64,000 bases of DNA, taken from Thermoanaerobaculia bacterium. GTDB taxonomy: Bacteria; Acidobacteriota; Thermoanaerobaculia; Multivoradales; Multivoraceae. The notes under the pieces are model-generated. The model worked only from the letters and a program-made list of their open reading frames with translations, was not told the DNA's origin and did not search any database. Positions 1 through 9,205 of the stretch are shown here, in pieces. Position numbers and translations under genes: made by a program. Each line of letters opens with the position of its first letter. The stretch's first letter is position 1. The stretch is taken from contig CALOFD010000027.1 in the NCBI GenBank assembly GCA_942492505.1, positions 67,242-131,241 of the forward strand. The letters run 5' to 3'.

Positions 1-95
1 TGGGAGACCGCGCTCTGCGTCAGTCCGTGGGCGTCCGCAGCCTGGCTGATACTGCGAAAGCCGGCGACGTCGAGAAAGATGCGCAGCGTTCTCAT
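1..95 (-). CDS. LysR-family transcriptional regulator, N-terminal HTH only (gene continues off the left edge)
   Basis: Reverse complement of 1-95 reads MRTLRIFLDVAGFRSISQAADAHGLTQSAVSQ, the typical LysR wHTH opening; ATG is the complement of 93-95. Confidence 0.6.
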   Translation of the reverse strand, partial: MRTLRIFLDVAGFRSISQAADAHGLTQSAVS

Positions 96-144
96 GGGGG
101 CGGGAATACTACCATTATGAAATCTAACAACAAGAATTTGATAA

Positions 145-157
145 TTAGAAATTCTAA
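145..157. promoter_or_regulatory. Perfect palindrome TTAGAA-A-TTCTAA (T-N11-A shape) in an AT-rich island upstream of the LysR start
   Basis: Read directly at 145-157; lies in a ~60-nt AT-rich stretch (about 105-165) that contrasts with GC-rich flanks; LysR regulators classically bind T-N11-A dyads near their own promoter. Confidence 0.3.
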
Positions 158-232
158 TGATCGAGTCTGGCCCAGCCAGGGCCCATCCTGCTTCGCAGGA
201 GCGACCGCACCGACGTCCGCCGAGCGGCGCGA

Positions 233-1531
233 TCAGGGGGTGAGGAGATCGCGGAGGGCGTCGTCGGACGCGGGCAGGTCCGTGATCTGGTCGTCGAGCT
301 CGAGCCGTTCGGCGACGGCGGGCGGCAGATCGATCGTCTCGCCGATGGCCTCTTCGACCACCTCGGCGAACTTCGCCGGATGAGCGGTGGCCAGGAAGAT
401 TCCGAAGCTCTCGGGAGGTCGCGGCCGCGCCTCAGCCAATCCCAGCCAACCGATCGCTGAATGGGGGTCGACGACGTAGCCATGATCGCGGTGCAACTCG
501 CGAATGGCCCCGACGGCCTCGGCGTCGGAGTAGCGGGCTGCGCGAAGGTTCTTTCGCAGGGCTTCGAGATCGTCGGAGTAGAGGTGCCGAATCCGGCTCA
601 GATTGCTCGGATTGCCGACGTCCATGGCGTTCGAAAGGGTGCGCCTCGACGGTCGGGGCTCGAAGACGCCGCTCTCCAGATAGCGCGGCACCGTGTCGTT
701 GATGTTGGTGGCGGCCACGAAGCCTGCCGCCGGCAGTCCCAGTCGATGGGCGATCAGTCCGGCCGTCAGGTTGCCGAAGTTGCCGCTCGGAGTCGAGAAG
801 ACGACGGGTCGGTCCTCGCTCGCGTCGATCTGGGCGATGGCGAAGAAGTAGTAGAAGACCTGGGGCAGCAGCCGGCCGACGTTGATGGAGTTGGCTGACG
901 CCAGGGGGCAGAGGCGTCGGAGTTCGGCGTTCTGGAACGCCGCCTTGGCCATCGCCTGGCAGTCGTCGAAGGTGCCGTCGACCGCAGCCGCGGTGACGTT
1001 CCCGCCGAGGGTCGTGAAGAGCTTCTGCTGGGCGTTGGAGACCTGACCCTTCGGAAACAGCACGACGACTCGAAAGCCTTCGATGCCGAGGAAGGCATGA
1101 GCCACCGCAGCGCCGGTATCCCCCGAGGTCGCTACCAGGATGGTCAGGTCGCGTTCACCGGCGGGGCGCAGCTGACGCATGAGATGGGCCATGAACCTTG
1201 CGCCCACGTCCTTGAAGGCGAGGGTCGGGCCATGGAAGAGCTCGAGGCAGGCGACGCCATCACTGACCGGCACCAGCGGGACATCGAAGTCGAGCGCCTC
1301 TTCGACCACCGACGCGATCTGATCGGGGCCCAGGTCGGTTTCCAGAAAGAGACGCGACAGGTCGAGAGAGATCTCTTCCCGGGTTCTGCCGCGCAGGCTC
1401 TCGACCCAGCCCTCGGGGAGTTCTGGAAGGCGCTCCGGAATGTAGAGGCCTCCGTCCGGAGCCAGGCCCGCGAACAGCGCCTCCTTCAGGGAGGTCGGCG
1501 GACAGCCTCCCCGCGTGCTGAGGAATCTCAT
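233..1531 (-). CDS. thrC: Threonine synthase
   Basis: 432-aa ORF; MRFLSTRGG...SLKEALFAGLAPDGGLYIPE opening and PLP-lysine motif FHGPTLAFKDVGARF; 4-nt overlap with the upstream homoserine kinase gene. Confidence 0.9.
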   Translation of the reverse strand: MRFLSTRGGCPPTSLKEALFAGLAPDGGLYIPERLPELPEGWVESLRGRTREEISLDLSRLFLETDLGPDQIASVVEEALDFDVPLVPVSDGVACLELFHGPTLAFKDVGARFMAHLMRQLRPAGERDLTILVATSGDTGAAVAHAFLGIEGFRVVVLFPKGQVSNAQQKLFTTLGGNVTAAAVDGTFDDCQAMAKAAFQNAELRRLCPLASANSINVGRLLPQVFYYFFAIAQIDASEDRPVVFSTPSGNFGNLTAGLIAHRLGLPAAGFVAATNINDTVPRYLESGVFEPRPSRRTLSNAMDVGNPSNLSRIRHLYSDDLEALRKNLRAARYSDAEAVGAIRELHRDHGYVVDPHSAIGWLGLAEARPRPPESFGIFLATAHPAKFAEVVEEAIGETIDLPPAVAERLELDDQITDLPASDDALRDLLTP

Positions 1532-2475
1532 CCCTCGTCACCGTCGTCGAGAACTCGGGCCCCCCGGCTGCCCACCGCCGTTACCTGGATCTCGGACGAG
1601 ACTCCCTGGTCGGCGAGTGCCTGTTGCATGGCTTCGGCCGCGCCGTGGGCTGTCGAGGCGCCTCGACAGAGAGCGAAAATGGCGGGCCCGGAGCCGGAGA
1701 GGCTGCTGCCCAGTGCGCCGGCCGCAAGCGCTGCTGCCTTGGCCTCGGGGAATCCTCGCACCGTGCCGGCACGCTTCGGCTCGGCCACCACGTCGACCAG
1801 ACAGTCGGAGATCAGTGCCCAGTCGGAGCGGTAGAGGCCCGCGATCAGGCCGGCGACGTTGCCCCATTGCTCGACAGCGGTTCTCAGACCGATGGTGTCG
1901 CCGAGCAGTGCGCGCCCCTCGCCGGTGTGGACAGTGAGGTTCGGCCTCACGAGGGCGCAGGTCAGTCCTTCCGGCACCGGCAGGGAGAGGATCCTGGGGT
2001 CCTCGCCGCCGCGAACCAGGACCAGCCCCCCGACCAGGGAGGGCGCGACGTTGTCGGCGTGAGCGGTGCCGCCGATGAAGCGCTCGCCTTCCACGGCGCA
2101 GGAGACGAGGTCCTCCTGGGAGAGGCCCGTACCGAGGAGGTGATCGGCGGCGACGGCGGCGGCGACGGAACTCGCCGCGCTGGAGCCCAGTCCGCTCTGC
2201 AGCGGCATTCGCTTGTGAATCGAAAGAATGAGGCCGGCGTCGGAGAGTCCGCATCGATCGAGCAGGGCCTGGACGGCGATCCCTGCTGTGTTGCGCTCGG
2301 CTTCGTAGGGCAGCCAGCCATTGTCGCCGGTGATCGAGTCGATGCGGATTCCTGGTTCGTCCGCGCGTCGGACCTCGACCACGTCGCCGAGATCTTCGAT
2401 GGCGAAGCCGAGGATGTCGAAGCCGCATGCGACGTTCGAGACCGAGGCCGGCGCGAACGCCCGGACCCTGCTCAT
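1528..2475 (-). CDS. thrB: Homoserine kinase
   Basis: 315-aa ORF; FAPASVSNVACGFDILG opening and GHMP-kinase motif PLQSGLGSSAASS; overlaps thrA stop and thrC start by 4 nt each. Confidence 0.9.
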   Translation of the reverse strand: MSRVRAFAPASVSNVACGFDILGFAIEDLGDVVEVRRADEPGIRIDSITGDNGWLPYEAERNTAGIAVQALLDRCGLSDAGLILSIHKRMPLQSGLGSSAASSVAAAVAADHLLGTGLSQEDLVSCAVEGERFIGGTAHADNVAPSLVGGLVLVRGGEDPRILSLPVPEGLTCALVRPNLTVHTGEGRALLGDTIGLRTAVEQWGNVAGLIAGLYRSDWALISDCLVDVVAEPKRAGTVRGFPEAKAAALAAGALGSSLSGSGPAIFALCRGASTAHGAAEAMQQALADQGVSSEIQVTAVGSRGARVLDDGDEG

Positions 2476-4895
2476 CGGGCTCTCATGCCGAGGGCGCGGC
2501 GAAGTTCGGCGAACATTCCTGCAGCCGTCACTTCGGGGCCGGCGCCGGCCCCTCGGACGACCAGGGGCCGTGGATAGCGGGCCGTCGCGAAGGCGAACAG
2601 GTTGTCGGTCCCCCTGGCTCCGAAGCAGGGGTGATCTGGACCGACTTCGACGAGACCGACGGATGCCCCGTCGGAACTCCAGTGAGCCAGGAAGTGCAAC
2701 TCGGCGCCGCGCTCGCTCGCAGCGGCCTGACGACTCGCGAACTCCTCATCGACCGACGGCAGTCGCTCCCAGAACGCGTCGAGATCGAGCGTGCCCCACC
2801 GCGCCGGGTCGAGGAGCGGGACGATCTCGATGTCATCGATCTCCAGGCTCGCTCCGGCGGTGCGAGCGAGGATGAGCAGCTTTCGAGCGACGTCCATGCC
2901 GCTGAGGTCGTCACGAGGATCGGGTTCCGTGTAGCCGGCGCGATGAGCCTCTCGAACGATCTCGCTCAAGGGTCGGCCTTCACGGAGGTGGCTGCACAGG
3001 TAGCCGAGAGTGCCGGAGAACAGTCCCTCGATCGACTCGATTCGATCACCGGTGGCCACGAGGTCCTGAAGAGTGCCGACGACCGGCAGTCCCGCGCCGG
3101 CGGTCGCTTCGTAGAAGAGCCTGCCGTTGCCGCGCTGGGCGTCGAGGATCTCCCGGAACGACGATCGAGACCCGGCGAGAGGCTTCTTGTTGGCGGTCAC
3201 CACCGAAACGCCCGCTTCGAGGAGCGTAGGGTAGCGGTTTCCCACGGTGTCATCGGCCGTGCAGTCGAGAAACACTCGACGGCCGGGCGTCTCGAGAATG
3301 GCCGCCACCAGGGCATCCGAATCTGCGATCTCACCTTCCGCGGCGAGATCGGGCAGCCACTCGGAAGGCCGCGATCGCTTGCGATCGACGTTCAGGCGGC
3401 GGCTGTTGGCGACTCCCGACAGGCTCCAGCCGGTGGCTTCAGGGCTGGCGCGAAGCTGTTCGAGCAGGGCGCCGCCGACGCCCCCGACGCCCGCGAGGAA
3501 GAGGTGGACGTTGGTATCGTCGAAGAACGCCGAATGGACGAGCCGAAGGACACGGGTCTCGTCGGCCGAGGCGACGGCGAAGGAGATGTTGAGCTCGGAA
3601 GAGCCCTGCGCGATCGCCCTGACGTTGACACCGGCTTCACCGAGAGCGCTGAAGAGGCGGCCGGAGATACCGGGGCGATGAGCCATGCCGGCGCCGACGA
3701 CCGCCACGATGGCCACGTCCTCGTCGATGTCGAGGTCGTCGACGAGGCCTGCTCCGCGCTCGCTGGCGAACTCTTCGTTCACCCGCTCTCGGGCGAGTTC
3801 CGTCATCTTCGGATCGATCGCCAGGCAGATCGAGTGCTCGCTGGAGGCCTGGGAGATCAGGATGACATTGATGTTTGCCCGGGCCAGGGAACTGAACAGC
3901 CGACGTGCGATCCCCGGCACCCGCGCCAGGCCGTCGCCCTCGAGCAGCAGAAGCGAGACCCGGGAAATGGCCGAGATGCCTCGAATCGGATGCGGACCGA
4001 TCGCAGCGTCATCCGTGACCAGGGTGCCCGGAAAGTCGGGATTCATCGTGTTGCGGATGACGAGCGGGATCTTGCCGGCTCGAGCGGGATGAACGGTGGG
4101 TGGGTACACCACCTTGGCGCCGAAGTGCGACAGTTCCAGCAGTTCGTCGTAGCTCAGGGCCTCGAGCGTGAAGGCATCGGGCACTCGGCGCGGATCGCAA
4201 CTCAGGACGCCGTCGACGTCGGTCCAGATCTCGATTCGGTCCACCATCAGTGCGGCGCCCAGCAGTGATGCCGTGTAGTCCGATCCGCCTCGACCGAGAG
4301 TGGCGGTCTCGCCCTCCTCCGTGGAGCCGAGGAAGCCGGTGACCACCTGCACGCGATCGACGCCCTCGAAGTGGTCGCGGATCTGTTCGTAGCTCCGTTC
4401 GAAATCGACGCGGGCGGCGCCGAAGCCGCGATCGGTGCGGATCAGGTGGCGGGCGTCGCAGGCATCGGCTTCGATCCCGAGCCGGCGCAGACCGGCCGCC
4501 ACCAACTGGCTGGAGAGCAACTCACCAGCACTGAGCACCTGGTCGAGACTGCGAGGCGAACACTCGCCCAGGAGTGAGATGCCTTCGAGGACCGAGCGAA
4601 CCTCTTCGAGCTGGCGCTCGATCGTCGCTTCCAGTTCGGCGAGTTCATCGCCCTCAGCAAGCTGGCCGGCGGCTTCGAGGTGTCTGTGGAGGAGAGCCTG
4701 GCAGTCGTCGGCAACCGAGCCTTCCCCAGCCGCCGCTCTCGCTGCGGAACCGTTCAGGTCATCGGTCACTCCGCCGAGGGCAGAAACCACCACGACGGTG
4801 CTGGTCTCAGCGAGGCTGGCCTGCACCAGCCTGGCGACAGCTGCGATCCGCTGCGCATCGCGGACCGACGTGCCGCCGAACTTCATCACTCTCAT
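2472..4895 (-). CDS. thrA: Bifunctional aspartokinase / homoserine dehydrogenase
   Basis: 808 aa from ATG 4895 (MRVMKFGGTSV, aspartokinase opening); the C-terminal half carries a homoserine dehydrogenase NAD-binding site (HLFLAGVGGVGGALLEQL). The 1054-aa ORF-track version adds 247 upstream codons with no protein-like character. Confidence 0.9.
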   Translation of the reverse strand: MRVMKFGGTSVRDAQRIAAVARLVQASLAETSTVVVVSALGGVTDDLNGSAARAAAGEGSVADDCQALLHRHLEAAGQLAEGDELAELEATIERQLEEVRSVLEGISLLGECSPRSLDQVLSAGELLSSQLVAAGLRRLGIEADACDARHLIRTDRGFGAARVDFERSYEQIRDHFEGVDRVQVVTGFLGSTEEGETATLGRGGSDYTASLLGAALMVDRIEIWTDVDGVLSCDPRRVPDAFTLEALSYDELLELSHFGAKVVYPPTVHPARAGKIPLVIRNTMNPDFPGTLVTDDAAIGPHPIRGISAISRVSLLLLEGDGLARVPGIARRLFSSLARANINVILISQASSEHSICLAIDPKMTELARERVNEEFASERGAGLVDDLDIDEDVAIVAVVGAGMAHRPGISGRLFSALGEAGVNVRAIAQGSSELNISFAVASADETRVLRLVHSAFFDDTNVHLFLAGVGGVGGALLEQLRASPEATGWSLSGVANSRRLNVDRKRSRPSEWLPDLAAEGEIADSDALVAAILETPGRRVFLDCTADDTVGNRYPTLLEAGVSVVTANKKPLAGSRSSFREILDAQRGNGRLFYEATAGAGLPVVGTLQDLVATGDRIESIEGLFSGTLGYLCSHLREGRPLSEIVREAHRAGYTEPDPRDDLSGMDVARKLLILARTAGASLEIDDIEIVPLLDPARWGTLDLDAFWERLPSVDEEFASRQAAASERGAELHFLAHWSSDGASVGLVEVGPDHPCFGARGTDNLFAFATARYPRPLVVRGAGAGPEVTAAGMFAELRRALGMRAR

Positions 4896-4953
4896 GCGGC
4901 TCTCCGGCTGGACCTCGGTGCGATGGGAACGGTCCGCGCTGCGGCGGAGGAGG

Positions 4954-4962
4954 ATTGTAGCA
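4954..4962 (-). promoter_or_regulatory. Candidate extended -10 element (TGcTACAAT on the minus strand) for thrABC
   Basis: Reverse complement of 4954-4962 is TGCTACAAT, about 60 nt upstream of the thrA ATG in the 192-nt divergent intergenic region; no clear -35. Confidence 0.25.
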
Positions 4963-5087
4963 ATCTCTGTCTGCCCTTGCCGACGGGGTGTTGCTAGACT
5001 GTGCGGCTCGTGACTGCTCCGGATTGGCAGGCCGTCGTGCGGGACGAACGTCCCGTGGAGAGCTTTCCCGAGGAGGGTGAGTTCAGG

Positions 5088-6563
5088 ATGGCGTTCGCCT
5101 ACGCGAATCGCTACCACCTTGGCATGTCGAGCCTTGCGTATCAACGGGTCTTCGAACTCGTCGGTCGGCGGCCGGGCTGGGTGTGCGAGAGATTCTTCAG
5201 CGACGGTGAGGGCCCTCCGACGGCACTCGGAAGCGGCCGCCGGCTCGGCGAGTTCGGCTGTGTGACGTTCTCGGTCTCCTTCGAGGAAGACTATGTCGGG
5301 CTGCTCCAGATGCTGGCGCGATCGGGGATCCCGATGCGTCGCAGGGACCGGACCGGTCGGCATCCACTGATCGTCATGGGCGGCGCCTGCGCTTCGATCA
5401 ATCCGCTTCCGATGGTCGAGTTCGTCGACGTCTTCGCACTCGGCGCTGCCGAGAACGTACTGCCCGGCCTGCTCGAGTCGCTCGAAGAGGAGCACGGCAG
5501 GGAGGGAGTTATCGAGCGTCTCGCGGCGCAGGACGGCTTCTTCGTTCCGGCTCACCACGATCCCGAGCGTGCGGCGGTCGAAGGCAAGTTGCGCAAGCTC
5601 GAGCTGACAGCCGAGCAGATGCTGCTGCCGGGTCATCTACCGACCACCGCAATCGTGACTCCCCACACCGAGTTCGCGAACAAGTTCCTGGTCGAGATGT
5701 CGCGAGGCTGTCCCGAGAAGTGTCGCTACTGTTGGGCGACCTTCGGCATGGGGGCCTTTCGATGGCACCCGACGGAGTACATCCTCGAGTCGTTGGATCG
5801 AGCGCGGCCGGTGACCGACCAGCTGGGTTTCGTAGCGACTGCGGTCGGCGACCATCCCGAGATCGAGCGCATTCTGCAGGAGGCCAACCAGCAGGGTTTC
5901 AGGACGTCGGTTTCCTCGATTCGGATTCCCGCCGTCACCGACGGCGTGCTGGCGGCGCTGCGCGCGTCGGGCGACCGCTCGATCACTCTCGCGCCCGAGA
6001 CCGGCAACGACTCGATGCGAGCGAGGATGGGCAAGCCGGTGACCAACGCATTCCTGCTCGAAAAGGTCCGCCTGATCTTCCAGCACGGCTTCACGCAGTT
6101 GAAGCTGTACTTCATCGTCGGCCTGCCGGGAGAGGAGGAGGCCGATGTCCAGTCGATCGTCGATCTGGCGGCGGAGGCTCGAGGTGTGATGCTCGAAGAG
6201 GCCAGAAAGACCGGTGTCATGGGGCATCTGAACCTGGGCGCCAGCGTCCTCGTCCCCAAGCCGTATACGCCCTGGCAGCGTGAATCCATGGACGACCGGC
6301 GCAGCCTGAAGCTGAAGATCTCCCTGCTCCAGAAGGGGATTGCCGCCCTGCCGAACGTCTCGTTGAGTTCGATCTCGGTCAAACAGGCGGTATGGCAGAC
6401 CTATATCTCCCGTGCCGGCGTGGACGCCGCCGATGCCATCGAGAGAGTGGCGCAGGGCGAACCCCTGGCCCAGGTCACCCGGGATCTCGCTCCACGCATC
6501 CAGCACGCGGTGTTCGACCGTCAGGAGGGCGACCTGCCCTGGCACTTCCTGCGGGCTGGTTGA
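5088..6563 (+). CDS. Radical SAM protein with B12-binding-like N-terminal region
   Basis: CxxxCxxC cluster in MSRGCPEKCRYCWATFG; ATG 5088 preceded by GGAGG at 5072-5076; the ORF-track start at 5001 is probably an upstream extension. Confidence 0.8.
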   Translation: MAFAYANRYHLGMSSLAYQRVFELVGRRPGWVCERFFSDGEGPPTALGSGRRLGEFGCVTFSVSFEEDYVGLLQMLARSGIPMRRRDRTGRHPLIVMGGACASINPLPMVEFVDVFALGAAENVLPGLLESLEEEHGREGVIERLAAQDGFFVPAHHDPERAAVEGKLRKLELTAEQMLLPGHLPTTAIVTPHTEFANKFLVEMSRGCPEKCRYCWATFGMGAFRWHPTEYILESLDRARPVTDQLGFVATAVGDHPEIERILQEANQQGFRTSVSSIRIPAVTDGVLAALRASGDRSITLAPETGNDSMRARMGKPVTNAFLLEKVRLIFQHGFTQLKLYFIVGLPGEEEADVQSIVDLAAEARGVMLEEARKTGVMGHLNLGASVLVPKPYTPWQRESMDDRRSLKLKISLLQKGIAALPNVSLSSISVKQAVWQTYISRAGVDAADAIERVAQGEPLAQVTRDLAPRIQHAVFDRQEGDLPWHFLRAG

Positions 6564-6627
6564 CGACGTCTGAACCGCCAGGCCGGTACGCGCCCACCGG
6601 CCCTTCGGAGAGCGGCCGCTCCAGGGT

Positions 6628-7521
6628 TCAGTCGAAGTTCGGCACGAGCACGGGAACTCGTTGCGGACTGATGCCGATCTGCAGGGGTTTTTCGGCCCAG
6701 AAGGCATCGCCGTCGAGTTGGTAGCAGAAGCGGTCGGCGGACTCGATCACCATCGAGTCGACGGAGCGGAAGGACACGTCCTCGCGGCGCGGATGCGCGG
6801 CCAGGCCGACGTCGAGCAGGAAGGTGAGGAACGCGCGGCGGTCGCTGCCGTGCCATTCCACCAGTTCGAGGCTGTCGTCGAAAGGGTCGGCGGTCGGCGC
6901 CATCTCGAACGGGCCGCCGTACCAGGGGATGTTGGCGGCGACAACGAAACTCGACTCGTGGGTGATGCCGCCGGTCGTGACTTGCATCGGTGGAAAGCTG
7001 TAGCGAAGCCAGCCTGCGAAAGCGTTCTTCAGGACTGCCGCCTGGCCCCACCGCTTCTTGTCTTCCGAGCGGGTGCGGGCGAGGACCTCGGCGTCGATTC
7101 CACACGACGCCATCATCAGGAAGGGGTCGCCGTTGCAGAGACCGACGGTCATGTCGCGGCGCCGGGTCGGGCCGATGAGCAGGCGGGCTGCAGCCAGTGG
7201 ATCCTGCGGCAGGTCGAGAGCCAGCGGCAGGACGTTGGCGGTGCCGGCCGGAAGCATGGCGAGCGGCAGGTCGCCGCCGATCAGACCGGCCGCGACCTCG
7301 CGGTGGGTGCCGTCGCCGCCGAGGGCGAAGAGGACGTCGTGATCGCCCCTCTCGCGAGCCAGGGCTGCGATCTCGGTGGCGTGGGCCGGTCCGCGGGTCG
7401 GAGCGTCGTCGAGCAGAAACCCTCCAGAACCGAGGACCTGCCGTAGCTTCGTGAGGAGCTCAGCGGCCTTGCCGTGGCCGGCGTTCGGGTTGAAGACGAG
7501 GAGAGCCTTGCGAGCTCGCAT
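6628..7521 (-). CDS. Diacylglycerol/lipid kinase family protein (YegS/BmrU-like)
   Basis: 297-aa ORF; LLVFNPNAGHGKA and LFALGGDGTHREV match the DAGK catalytic domain. Confidence 0.8.
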   Translation of the reverse strand: MRARKALLVFNPNAGHGKAAELLTKLRQVLGSGGFLLDDAPTRGPAHATEIAALARERGDHDVLFALGGDGTHREVAAGLIGGDLPLAMLPAGTANVLPLALDLPQDPLAAARLLIGPTRRRDMTVGLCNGDPFLMMASCGIDAEVLARTRSEDKKRWGQAAVLKNAFAGWLRYSFPPMQVTTGGITHESSFVVAANIPWYGGPFEMAPTADPFDDSLELVEWHGSDRRAFLTFLLDVGLAAHPRREDVSFRSVDSMVIESADRFCYQLDGDAFWAEKPLQIGISPQRVPVLVPNFD

Positions 7522-7535
7522 GACGGGGTCGGCGA

Positions 7536-8561
7536 CTAGAAGAGTCGCGGTTCGTCGGTCTGCCGTCGTCCCAGACCGAGATGACGGTAGGCGCGCTCGG
7601 TGGCGACCCTGCCGCGCTGGGTGCGTTGCAGGAATCCTTCCTGGATCAGATAGGGCTCGTAGATGTCCTCGAGCGTGCCACGGTCTTCGCCGACGGCCGC
7701 GGCCAGGGCCTGGACACCCGCGGGACCGCCCTTGTAGTGCTCGATCAGCGTGGTGAGGATCTTGCGGTCGACCTCGTCGAAACCGAGTTCGTCGACTTCG
7801 AGATGGTCGAGCGCGGACTTCGCCGCTTCGGCGTCGATGGTGCCGTCCCCCTTGACCTGGGCGAAGTCACGCACCCTTCGCAGGAGCCGGTTGGCGATTC
7901 TCGGCGTGCCGCGGCTGCGCCGCGCCATCTCCCTCGCTCCCGGGTCGTCGAGCTCGACGCCGAGAATGCCGGCCGATCGCGCGAGAATCCGGGTGATCTG
8001 TGCGGGATCGTAGAAGTCGAGTCGATGAACGATTCCGAACCGTGCTCGCAGCGGCGCGGTCACGAGGCCGGCTCGGGTTGTCGCGCCGACCAGGGTGAAC
8101 GGCTGGAGATCGACCTTCACACTCTGGGCTGCCGGCCCGGCGCCGAGCATGACGTCGACCTGGAAGTCCTCGACCGCCGGGTAGAGGATCTCTTCGACAG
8201 TGGGGCTGAGCCGATGGATTTCGTCGATGAACAGAACCTGGTGGGGCTCGAGATTCATCAAGATGTTGACCAGGTCTCCCGCCTTCTCGAGCACCGGACC
8301 CGAGGTCGACTTGAAGGGCACGCCCATCTCGTGGCTGATGATGCTGGCGAGAGTCGTCTTGCCGAGGCCCGGTGGTCCGAACAGCAGAGTGTGGTCGAGC
8401 GCCTCGCCACGCTCTCGCGCCGCCTGGATGAAGATCCTCAGGTTCTCGACGATGCGGGTCTGACCGACGTACTCATCGAGGGTCCGTGGGCGAAGAGACG
8501 TCTCGGCCTGGAGGTCCTCGCTCGACGCCATGGACGAGAGGATTTCGCGGTCTTCGCTCAC
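7536..8561 (-). CDS. ruvB: Holliday junction branch migration helicase RuvB
   Basis: 341 aa; [12 protein letters not shown], Walker [22 protein letters not shown]. Confidence 0.95.
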   Translation of the reverse strand: MSEDREILSSMASSEDLQAETSLRPRTLDEYVGQTRIVENLRIFIQAARERGEALDHTLLFGPPGLGKTTLASIISHEMGVPFKSTSGPVLEKAGDLVNILMNLEPHQVLFIDEIHRLSPTVEEILYPAVEDFQVDVMLGAGPAAQSVKVDLQPFTLVGATTRAGLVTAPLRARFGIVHRLDFYDPAQITRILARSAGILGVELDDPGAREMARRSRGTPRIANRLLRRVRDFAQVKGDGTIDAEAAKSALDHLEVDELGFDEVDRKILTTLIEHYKGGPAGVQALAAAVGEDRGTLEDIYEPYLIQEGFLQRTQRGRVATERAYRHLGLGRRQTDEPRLF

Positions 8562-8604
8562 TACCCTAGTGTACCGATCCGGCGAGGGCCGCGGGCGTTG
8601 GACT

Positions 8605-9204
8605 TCAGGCCCTCGACAGCTTCTTCAGGCTGAGGCGAAGCAGCTCGTGGAACGCTTCGCCGTCTGCAGCTTCAGCGGCGACCTCGCCGGCGACACGTTC
8701 CGCATCGCGGCTGCGATAGCCGAGATTGACGAGTGCCGATACCAGGTCGTCGCGTCCGCTGGCCGCGGTCTCGATCGGCGGATGGTCGAACTCGAGCCGC
8801 ATCTTCTCGGCGACCTCGCGAAGTTCCAGCACCATCCGCTCGGCCGTCTTCTTGCCGACGCCCGGGATCCGGGTCAGGCGCGCGGCGTCGCCGCTGGCGA
8901 GGGCCGACAGAATGTCCTCCCAGGCCATCCCCGACATGATGACCTGGGCGAGGCGAGGTCCGATTCCGTTGACCCCGATCAAGCGCTCGAAGACCAGCTT
9001 CTCCTGCTGGGTCCAGAAGCCATAGAGGTCGAGGGCATCCTCGCGCACGTGGGTTCGAATCCACAGGCGCACCGGACCCGAGGTGCTTTCGATCTCGCAA
9101 TAGGTCGAGAACGGGACGTGGACGCAGTAGCCGACGCCGTTGACGTCGATCAGGACCTGGTTGGGTTCGCTGGAGAGGAGGGTGCCTTCGAGAAAGCCGA
9201 TCAC
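8605..9204 (-). CDS. ruvA: Holliday junction DNA-binding protein RuvA
   Basis: 199 aa; MIGFLEGTL...[14 protein letters not shown] opening and HhH region VNGIGPRLA / [12 protein letters not shown]; immediately upstream of ruvB. Confidence 0.9.
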   Translation of the reverse strand: MIGFLEGTLLSSEPNQVLIDVNGVGYCVHVPFSTYCEIESTSGPVRLWIRTHVREDALDLYGFWTQQEKLVFERLIGVNGIGPRLAQVIMSGMAWEDILSALASGDAARLTRIPGVGKKTAERMVLELREVAEKMRLEFDHPPIETAASGRDDLVSALVNLGYRSRDAERVAGEVAAEAADGEAFHELLRLSLKKLSRA

Positions 9205-9205
9205 A

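Noticed and set aside
2472-5636. 1054-aa ORF as a single giant ThrA
   Set aside because: The first 247 codons have no aspartokinase similarity, are Arg/His/Pro-rich, and run antisense through the radical SAM gene and the shared promoter region. The canonical MRVMKFGGTS opening at ATG 4895 gives a normal 808-aa bifunctional enzyme.
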